This document shows positions 54,786-64,000 of a stretch of DNA of 64,000 bases, one piece after another. The stretch is from the NCBI RefSeq assembly GCF_009914755.1, contig NC_060925.1. The stretch is one strand, 5' to 3'. The notes below the pieces were generated by a model. It worked only from the letters and a program-made list of their open reading frames with translations, made no database searches and was not told where the DNA came from. A program made the position numbers and the translations under genes. This stretch comes from the human T2T-CHM13v2.0 reference genome, Homo sapiens. Positions within the stretch are counted from its first letter, which is position 1, and each line of letters opens with the position of its first letter.

Positions 54786-57489
54786 CCAATACGATGGCTA
54801 ATATCCTGGTGAATTGTATAACATGACCGCAGCTCTAAGGAAATAAGACTATTTCCTTAGAGCAGGAGGGCACTGGTACCTTACTTACAAGACTCTCCTT
54901 CCCATCTGAGAAGACATACTTTTTTTTTTCTTACCACCTCTTTGAAGGCTGAGGTTCAATTTCAGTTTCAGAAACTGGAGTATTGTTAGCCCTGCTCCAT
55001 CTGAAACTGGAAGCTTTCTAGAAGGAAAGTCACAAGGTAATTACTCCTCCTCTGAAAACACATTTGTGAACCTATTCTGAGAAAGTGGACTTTCTGAAAA
55101 TGATTTATCTCAGGGTCATCACCCTGAAAGCTAAAACGGAAGACTTTCTCCTGTATCTGCAATAGTAAAACATAAAAGCAGTGGGGTGCAGGGGAAAGAG
55201 CCCTTGTTGAGGAATCAGCAGACATGAGTTCTAGTCCTAGCCCTGACCTTTACATGCTTTGTGGAGCCTCACCTAAGGCACTGTGTGGAGTCAGTGATAA
55301 TGCCTACAAAACTCTCGGCCAAGAGAGTAACTGGAAGAGCCAGGACCCAACTCAGATTCATCTGAGGTCAAAGCTCATGTTCATGAGCTCTCAAGGAATA
55401 TAATAAATCTCTTCGAGATGGTCCCACAGCTCTGATTGGTATGCTGGACAGGACTTCTTCTTGTTGTCTGCATTCTTTACCAAGTCCAAAGCTATTGGAC
55501 AGGCAGAATTACAGAGCATTTGCAAGGTGTGTGAGTGTCTGGTTTTGTTGGTGAACCCCTCTATACAATTTTAGAAGTTGGACTTGCTAAGAAGTTTGGA
55601 CTTTAGGTGGTGTGGTGTGGGGTTGAGTCAAGTGATGAACAAGGTAAAAGGAAGCAGCACCATCTTGGTCAAGAACTCTCAAAATTTCATTAAATAGATA
55701 ATAGATGGGCTGGTTGTGCTGGTCTTTTTTTTCCCAGCTTCACAGACACACAGGTGTTTCAAGGGCTGTTAGCCAGTTTCCAACCCCACTGCAGAGATGG
55801 ACTATGAGAAGTTTTGCCCATGATTTAGACAAGTGGCTCACTCCATGTGGCACAGCATCCTTAACACTCCCAAATTTCTTTCCCGCCCCAAAGGTGGATG
55901 AGGTCTTAAATAGTACCAAAAGAGTTTCTTTCTTTTAGAGTAAAGCTTTGATTTTTGTTAATTCTATTTTCCCCAGAATAATTCTTTGAGTTGCTATCAG
56001 GCATTTATAAAAAGGCCCACAGAATTTTAGAATGTTCATTAAGTCTTTTGACAAATATTCACTAGAACTTACTCTATACCTGATGCTGCACTTGGTCTGG
56101 AATCTCTTCAGAAGACTGGTACTGATAAGTAAACACTATGACATTGGACAGGCAGAATTACCAGACACTGTAACTGATAAGCAGACACTATGATAATACA
56201 GATACTGGAAATAAGTAGACTGGTACCAAAGACAGAGGAGCAGAGAAATAGGAGAGTGGTTGGGGACAGTGGAGCAGTGAAGTGGCAAGGGACAGAGACA
56301 AACACAGTTGGGGGCAAGTTTGCCCAGTAAAAGAAGCCTTCAAAGTTCTGGATTTCTCTGCTAATTCCAAACAGAATTGTTCCATGACCCATCTCTCCCC
56401 TTCTGCTGATATTTATACCTACTTCTGTAAAACTAGGATGACAGTTCTTAACCTGACAGTATTACACAAAAACTAAAGAGATGCTATATATCAAGTGTAG
56501 CATAGAACCTGGCACAACATATATAATTGAAAGGCAGGGGAAGTCATAGTTATTACTACCATGATGATAAAAGTACCTGTAATCTGATAGAAAGACAGGC
56601 TACATCCTAGTCACGAAACATCACTTTCAGTAAATATTGGAGCCTACATTAGAAATTGTCAGGATTGAACTTCTCCAATTAGACACTGAGAGGAGCCTCA
56701 GAAAGCACATATCAGAGCACAAAAGGCAATACCAAGCCTCTCCTCCTTCAAAGATCCTTCCTTTCTTGACAATTCCAAATCATACTAACTTTCCTTCCTT
56801 GTGACATGTTGATATCACCATTACACATTTCACCTAACACATACTGTCACTGAGTAGCCTCATGGGGCTACAATGCAAAGTTTTTGAACACTGCACCGTT
56901 TACTGCTCATCCTCCTGCCACCATGGTGGGGATATGAACAGTCTCTTTAAATAGTGTTAAGTTGCACACATTCTGCTCTCTTCCTGCCTGCATCTGGGTA
57001 AGAATTCTGCTGTCTTCTCCATGTCCAGGTTTTAAGTCTGCTAGTCTGTCTACAAGGTTTTAACAGTGAAGCAGAAATGACCTGCAGAACAGCATCTCTG
57101 GATAGAAAGACCTAGCACAGGACAGAGCGAGAATGCCTCCAAAAATACAAATTCCTCAGTTTTTTTTGGAAAAATACAGGCAGGAGAGGCTTCCCCTAAG
57201 GCCTCTGAGAAGATCTAGATTATCTTGTGAGATGCATTTATGTCCTGAGAGCAATTCCAGGTCACACAGGAATTGCATGAGCTACATTAGCATCACAGTA
57301 AATTTGACGTGAGTTTATGAATATCAATTATAATATTTTTAAACAAGAGATCTAATGCTATCTCCGTGTCTATTAAAATGTAATAAATATTCAAGACACT
57401 TATAATGTACACATAATATTTATAGATTGTGATTAAATTATATGTTCCAAAAGCAAAATGATATATTTCAGAGGCTCTGTAATCTAGCA

Positions 57490-57950
57490 ATTTGGTTTTC
57501 AACTCCAGCTTTGTAATTTACCAACTGTGTGATACTTGTCTCCATGAGTCTCAGTTTACACAGAGTAGTCATGATAAAGTAATAATAAATAACCTTTATC
57601 AAGGACTTGCAATGTGCAGGCATTGTGCTTAGCACTATGCGTGCATTAATTATTTTAATTATCAAAACAATCCTATAAAATGGGTTCAAATAATGAGCTT
57701 CTCACCACGATCACCATTTTACGTATAAGGAAACTCAGGTTTAGAGAAGGTAAGTAATTCCCCTAAGGACACAAGTTAATGTACGTATATTATCTTATTT
57801 AATTCTCACAACAACAGTTCTAGGGAGGTGTGTTTTAGTTGTGAAAGCTGAGTATTTCGGAGTTGAGATGACTTGAGTAAAGGTAGTAGTGGGGTCAGTG
57901 GGGCTGCATTTTGAGAATTGTTCTGACTCTAAACTTCATTAACTTTTCAA
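57490..57950. mobile_element. Adjacent MIR fragments in both orientations
   Basis: gagtctcagtttac (plus); ccattttacgtataaggaaactcaggtttagagaaggtaagtaat (minus). Confidence 0.65.
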
Positions 57951-57970
57951 TACTTCAAGATCCCTCAAAG

Positions 57971-57972
<2 letters not shown>

Positions 57973-58004
<32 letters not shown>
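57973..58004. repeat. (AC)16 microsatellite
   Basis: perfect AC run. Confidence 0.97.
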
Positions 58005-58006
<2 letters not shown>

Positions 58007-58939
58007 TATCTTAACTCTGGAGAAATCTCTTATTGATTGAGAAGATTGTGTCCTGCAGGTTCCCAGACAGAAGCAAATCCCCTCCTGGGAGGAGGGAGCT
58101 TTTGCCATCCTTACAAGAGCAGCCAATAACCATTTTTGCAGAGCTCAAGTTCCCCCAGACAATTGATTCCTAGCACTTAGGAGAGTGACCTAGATGGAAA
58201 GTTGGCAAGAATCCTAGATCTGTCATAACCCTATTCTCCCACACTCAGCCTTCTTGCCCTCAGAAGTCATCCTTAGGTGGATTTGATATCTTTTTTAGGT
58301 CAGCACTCACTATGGCTTTATCCAGGAACAAAAATAACATCAGCATTTCATATCACCCACAGCACTGTGGAATCAGGCTGGCTGGCTCAGGTCCTCCCTC
58401 TGCCATCTGCTAGCCATGCAAGGGCAACCTCCTCATGTGTGAAACACCTGGATTCCAATACTGTTGTGAAGATCAAACAATATTAGCTTTTGAATAACTC
58501 ATGGGCATAGACTGTATGTTATTCATCTCCATCTTCCTGGGGCCTGGGAAAGTTTGTGCTAATAAGCATTTGGTAGTGAATGAATAAACAAATGAACATA
58601 TAAATGAGGAATACTCTATAAATCATAAATCACCACGTAGATCAGGGTTAGGGCCATAGAACCTATACTTATGTAAAGTTATGGATTTCTCTCCTAATTC
58701 CAAACAGAATTGCTCCATGACCCATCTCTCCCCTTCTACTGATATTTATATCTACTTTTGTAAAAAGAGGATGACAGTTCCTAACCTGACAGCAATGTTT
58801 TTATTCAGTTTTTAATTGCTTCAGTCTCATGGCCTTTATTCCTATTCTGTGAGGTAAGGAGGTTGCTCTAGATTGTGCCCAAGACCCCCTCCAGTGCTGG
58901 AATTCCACGATTCTGTTGTACTATATTTGTGCTGCATCC

Positions 58940-59185
58940 TTATATTTATTTTTTTAAATTTTATTTTGAAGTAATTTCAGATTTACAGAATGCTTGTAAA
59001 GACAGCACACAAAATTCATGTATACTCTTCACCCAGGTTCCTCTAATGTTAATTTTCATAACTCTAGAGTGTCTAGGAATGCTAAGAAATGCTAAGAAAT
59101 TAACCTTGGTATAACACCAAACTGATTTCATCAGTTCTTCCACAAATGTCAAACCAGGATAGGTTACTGTGCAGCATTTAGCCCT
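58940..59185 (-). mobile_element. Old L1 (L1MC-like) 3' end
   Basis: ttttattttgaagtaatttcagatttacagaa...gtatactcttcacccaggttcc. Confidence 0.65.
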
Positions 59186-59544
59186 TATGGCTTTTGAAAT
59201 AAAGAGTTTACTTTCAATTTTTGAAATTGATCGAGACCTTAAGATTATTGAGAGAATGAAAACCTGATAAAAACTTCATTCTGCGGCGGCAAAGTGTGTC
59301 AGCCATCCTCTGTGCATGTTTTAGCGATCCTTAAGAAATCTTGAAAGACCATCCTGCATGTTGGTAAATGCAATAAATCAAAATGAGATGTGAACAATAC
59401 AGTTGGAACCCCTACTATAGACACTGGAATATTGGGAATCAAAGACATAAGCAAAATGGTTCCCCTGTGGGAAAACCTGCAGGCCTCCTTGCGGAGGGCC
59501 GTGGGGACACTGGCTGGGGTTTGGACTGCTGATTTGGTCTTTCA

Positions 59545-59800
59545 CTGCATATGTATTGAGGGCCTGTTATGTACCAGCACTTGTCTAGGCACTGGGGATA
59601 CAGTGGTGAATGAGACAAAGCCCCTGTGTTCATGAAGCTTATATTTTAGTGAGGGAGACAAAACAAGAAACAAATGCCAATCAGGTAGTGACAAGGGCAT
59701 TGTAGGAAACAAAGCAGGCTGAGGGAGTGGAGACAGCGAGATGTGTGGGGAGAGGAGGTGGTCTTGGAAAGCATCCCCGAGGAAGTGGGCCCTGTGAGTA
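59545..59800 (-). mobile_element. L2 3' end
   Basis: tattgagggcctgttatgtaccagcacttgtctaggcactggggatacagtggtgaatgagacaaagcccctg. Confidence 0.8.
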
Positions 59801-60299
59801 CTCAATACTCAGAACCATGACTCAGGACGACTGCCCTGAACTACACTGAGGCTTGGTCTTGCTTAGATTAGGGAAATAGTCCGACCATGGAAAACGGAGT
59901 TCCCACCCAACCTCTCCACCTTCAAATGCACCTCGATGCTGCCATAGCCCTGTTGCATAGATTCCTTTCTCCTCTTCTCCAGTCTGTGGCTTGTCATTGA
60001 ATTCATAAACTCAGCTCTAACACAAACTGCCACTCCAAAACTTCTCCTTGAGATTCTTTGAAGCCCGGGGTAAAAAGTAGATACCAATAAATGGAACACT
60101 TTTCCTCTGAACTCAGACTCCGTGGAAAGCTGGCTTGCCCAACATCAGCCACATCAATTTCAGATTCACTAAACTTTTACTACCTGCCCATGATGTGCTA
60201 GGCATTTGTTTTAGACTTCAATTTGCTTTAGAGTTTTCTTATACTTTATCCTACAAGTATCACAGTAACACAAGTAGCAGCTTGTGAGGTGGGAGTCAC

Positions 60300-60537
60300 A
60301 CCTTCCTTTTTCTTCCTTTGCTTTTCTTTCCTTTCCATTCCTTTCCTTTCCTTTCCTTTCCTTTCCTTTCCTTTCCTTTCCTTTCCTTTCCTTTCCTTTC
60401 CTTTCCTTTCCTTTCCTTTCCTTTCTCTTTCCCTTCCTTTCTTCCTTCCTTCTTTCCTTCCTTCCTTCAATCCTTCCTTCCTCCCTCCCTCCCTTCCTTC
60501 TCTCTCTCTCTTTCTTTCTTTCTTCTCTTTCTTTTTT
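60300..60537. repeat. Compound polypyrimidine microsatellite (TTTCC)n/(TTCC)n/(TC)n
   Basis: ~240 bp almost purine-free; about 17 consecutive CTTTC units. Confidence 0.97.
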
Positions 60538-61669
60538 GCCAGAATGAGATACCGAATGTCACAGATACAAGCAGGAGCTGTGAATCCAGGTTTCCTGCAT
60601 CCAAGCCCAGGGCTCCTTCCGCTACACAGTAGCTCAATCTCACTAGAAAATTTCACCTTCATCTTATTCCACACAGGACCCAGTGCCCTACAGCCTGTGC
60701 TGACCCAAGTTAGAGCAGATTCCCTGAGAACAACCTAGGCATGCCCTGGGATGGTGAAATACCACTCATGGGGACCCAGGTAAGGCCTCCTGGTAGTTGT
60801 TAGTGCCAGAGACCATCATCCAAACTTCAGAAGCCGGCACTTGAAGAGGTGATTTTCAACAGAGAAACTGTGATCAATGGCAGCACCACAGACCACTCAG
60901 CTATGATGGCAACACCTTTTAAAGATGGCACTTTGATTAGAAAGATTTTCTTTTTAGCAGGTCCTATGTGCTATTGTCAAGCCTATATTCGAGACTCCTC
61001 CCCTCTTTTAAAATAAACCTGAAAGCTAATTTGGTTATACAAGGCAGCCCAACTGCACAAAACCATCAACAACTGTTCCCTGAGAACAGACTAAGCCTGT
61101 AGCCAACGTCAGATGTAATAGCTCCCCAGCCCATAAGCAATTTCTTTCCTTACAGATTTTTCACTGAGACTGGAGGCTGAACTCAAAGGCATAATCATTT
61201 TTAAAAGTGCTTCCAGGGTAATTCGTGTCAGTCCTGGGGCAGCTGGATCTTATTGTAAAGAAGTTGTTTTGCATGTTTGTGAGTTTTCAACCCTGTGATT
61301 AGTAGACGGGGAGAAGGAGGCAACAGAGGGTGGAAGGAGGAAAGGAAACCAAAATTACTAGACACTGCACACCCAAAAATGCCGAGTAAGAGGAGGTGGA
61401 AGAGGTATCTCGCCTATCAGCTTTTCCCTTGACTCCCATGGGCCAAATAAAATCATGTTATTTCACCTTCTTCCTCTTTTGCTTTTCTTCAAATAGTTTG
61501 GGAGTTCATGACAAACCAGTCACAGTTGGCAAGTTTAAAACTAAACATCATTTGGCTTCTCTCTCTAGCAGGGATGAACACAAAGATCAACAGAATGCAA
61601 GAAAAAGCCAAGAGTGTTTTCAGGGGTGAGCCACAGCTCTGTGGAGCCTTCAGAGATCATGCAGCCTGA

Positions 61670-61800
61670 CTGCTCACTTTCCAAATGAGGCGGGAGACTG
61701 GAGGGCTGAGCGTCTGGGCCAAGGTCACACCACAAGTCATTAGAACCAGGATCCAGACCCAGGCCTCCTGATTCAGAGCCTAGGGCTCTTCCTCTATGGC
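61670..61800 (-). mobile_element. MIR
   Basis: ccaaggtcacaccacaag...agaaccaggatccagacccaggcctcctgattc. Confidence 0.65.
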
Positions 61801-62379
61801 TTGGGGAACCATGGCTGAGTGCTGCTTGACTGTGGCACAAAAAACGGCTGTTAGAAAGGAGTCGCACCCATGCGATAGTGCTCCTGAGAGGTGAGGACTG
61901 GAGGGACAGTTGTAATTAGGTCATTGCCATGCTCCACATTAGGCAGTGGGCCTGGCTGTGAGGAGTCATGGAGACAACAATCAAGGTGAGCCTGGTCTCT
62001 GAATCAGCATCTGTCAGAAGGGGTTTTGAATAACTAAATCTGCTCACCAGAGGCCATGGGGGTGGATGAGAATGGCCCACAAAGGCTGTCCAAGCAGCCT
62101 CCACAGCCCCGGCACCCTCACCTGCTGCTGCCTGTGTGAGTCCTCTCCCCACCCCTTCTACAGTCCGGCTGAGCCCCTCCACAGTCCTGGTAACCAAGTA
62201 GGGATCATCCCTCTGGGGCTGGGCTTCTGCTGTGGTCTTGCAGGTCCCCACCCTCTCCAGGAGGAAGAACTGCCCTGAATCTGGTCCAGTGGCACTGGCT
62301 CTGCTGACAGAGTCAGCTGTCGGGTGGGAGCCCACTCTGGGTGGAGGCAGCAGCCTCTCAGGAGCCCGTCACTGTGGCA

Positions 62380-62590
62380 AAGTACAAACTCTTTGAAGCA
62401 AAGACTCTGTGGATCCAAACCCCAGCTTTCTAGCCGAGGAAATACTGGATCTCTAGACTGCAGTTTGTCTACCTATAAATGGCATATACCCTTGTTTTGA
62501 GCATTACACGAGATGATCCACATAAAGCACTTAGCATGGAGCCTGCTCAGGGTAAGCACTCAATAAATGGTAGCTGTTGTCATTACTTAG
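62380..62590 (+). mobile_element. MIR
   Basis: cagtttgtctacctataaatgg...taaagcacttagcatggagcctg...gtaagcactcaataaatggtagct. Confidence 0.75.
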
Positions 62591-62691
62591 AGGCCCGCTC
62601 TCTTTCCTGGCTCCCCCACCCATCGGTGTTTCTTCCTCTTGGATTTCCCATCATCACCTCTCTACTGGTTGTGTCCCCCAGGGTTCTATGC

Positions 62692-63009
62692 TTTTTCTTT
62701 TTTCTATTTTCTTTTTTTTTTTTTTGAGGCAGAGTCTTGCTCTGCCACCCAGGAGGGAATACAGTGGTGCGAGCATGGCTCACTGCAGCCTCGACTCCCT
62801 GGGCTCAAGTGATCCTCCTACCTTAGCCTCCTGAGTAGCTGGGACCACAGGCTGCATGCAACTACACCGGGCTAATTTCTTTTTTTTCTGTAGAGATAGG
62901 GTCTGGCTGTGTTCCCTAGGCTGGTCTCGAACTCTTGATCTCAAGTGATCCTCCCTCCCCAGCCTCCCAAAGTGTTTGGGATTACAGGCGTGAGCCACCA
63001 CACCTGGCC
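62692..63009 (-). mobile_element. AluJ (Jo/Jr-like), full length
   Basis: catggctcactgcagcctcgactccctgggctcaagtgatcctcc; gtagagatagggtct. Confidence 0.93.
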
Positions 63010-63534
63010 AGATTTTGTGCTTGACCCCTCCAATCCCCACTACACTAAGTACTTGTTGCCACACATCTGGGTTGCTCTACAGATAGCACATGCAGCAGCC
63101 CTCCAGGTGGGCTTCCTCCTCCCTGGACTGCCTCCTCCGTTCTCTCCTCCAAGCCTCCTAGAGTGCTGGCTCCATCTAGGCTGTTGTAAATAATCAGCCT
63201 AGCAGTCAGTGCCTACTAGGATGAGCTCCTGACCAAGCACCTGGGCTGAGACCCAGCTGAGACAATCACACCCCACAAAAAAGTACAAGCTCGAAAAAAT
63301 TCCATGCCACTGCTTAGGGCAGAATGCAGTCAGGGGAAGACAGCACCTCTCTCCAAAACCCTTTAGTAAACTATTTTCCAGCAATAAAACCCACTTTAAA
63401 TTCAGGCAGAGAGAAGGACCTCAGTACTCATAATTGAGAGAGCACATTTAATCAAGGCAGTAGACAGCTATTTAATTCCACTTTCTTTTGCCTAAATGTC
63501 CTTGTCCCCTCTTTTCCATTCACTTGTTCTAAAT

Positions 63535-63785
63535 CAATAGTTCTCAAACCCTCCGTGCTGAGAGATCAATTGTTTATTTTTCTTGTTCCCAAACTACTGT
63601 GGGCCAGTACTTTTGTAAAATGGTAAAAATAAATTTCTAAAAAAGAAAAATGCCATTCCGATGGCACAGAAAGTTTTAATTTCTATAAAGTTTCTTACTT
63701 TCAGTTTCTGTACATATCTTTTGGTAGTCTGGTAAGCAAGCTTCTCGCCGACCTACACCAGCCCCTGGCCCAAACTGAGAGTAGG
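63535..63785. mobile_element. hAT-Charlie MITE remnant (MER119-like)
   Basis: caatagttctcaaac TIR-like start; gggccagtacttttgtaaaat; ataaagtttcttactttcagtttctgtac. Confidence 0.45.
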
Positions 63786-64000
63786 TAGAACAGCTTCTGG
63801 AAGGAACAGAGCCACAGAGGAGTCTGTCTCCCACAGACACTCCCCATCCCAGGTTTTTGTCCTGTCATGTAGTCTGCTCAGCAGCAGCCCTGCTCCACCC
63901 AGAGCATGCAGTGGTGAGGTTTGGGGTGGGATTTGCCCAGGCTTTGGTTACTGATATTCCTTGAGAGTCTAGCAGCCCCCAGGAGGAGGGATATGCAGAG

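Larger units (their letters stand above)
56342..58792. repeat. Dispersed 118-bp direct repeat (56342-56459 and 58675-58792; 109/118)
   Basis: tggatttctct(g/c)ctaattccaaacagaattg...gatgacagttc(t/c)taacctgacag in both. Confidence 0.95.

Noticed and set aside
60246-60738. Overlapping low-complexity ORFs (FPFLS / KGKER repeats)
   Set aside because: Translation of the (TTTCC)n microsatellite

Overview
Primate (human or great-ape-like) non-coding DNA, intergenic or intronic, AT-rich and densely packed with interspersed repeats: Alu J/S/Y, FLAM, L1PA, L2, MIR, MLT1/MLT2, THE1 and hAT/TcMar MITEs. I find no host protein-coding gene, no CpG island, no tRNA/rRNA and no CRISPR array. The ORF-track entries are decayed L1 ORF1/ORF2 pieces, Alu or microsatellite read-through, or chance ORFs. 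I could not identify the locus from sequence alone. Main features: a full-length but dead L1PA8-like LINE-1 (13.4-19.7 kb, minus strand); a 1.3-kb 3'UTR-like retrocopy abutting it tail-to-tail; several solo LTRs with TSDs; repeat-free, motif-rich enhancer-like islands (about 25.5, 30.6-31.9 and 41.6-42.1 kb). I see no evidence of a new coding system. The most unusual signals are mutational footprints: (1) four local templated-copy events within 49.7-58.8 kb, including a scrambled multi-segment insertion with microhomologies and a fold-back junction; (2) one short target site present three times, re-used by an L1 and a retrocopy; (3) a ~125-bp L1 with a ~21-bp 5' inversion; (4) an L1 with an apparent 3' transduction. 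Repeat subfamily names come from recalled consensus sequences. Boundaries of old repeats (L2/MIR/MER) are approximate.
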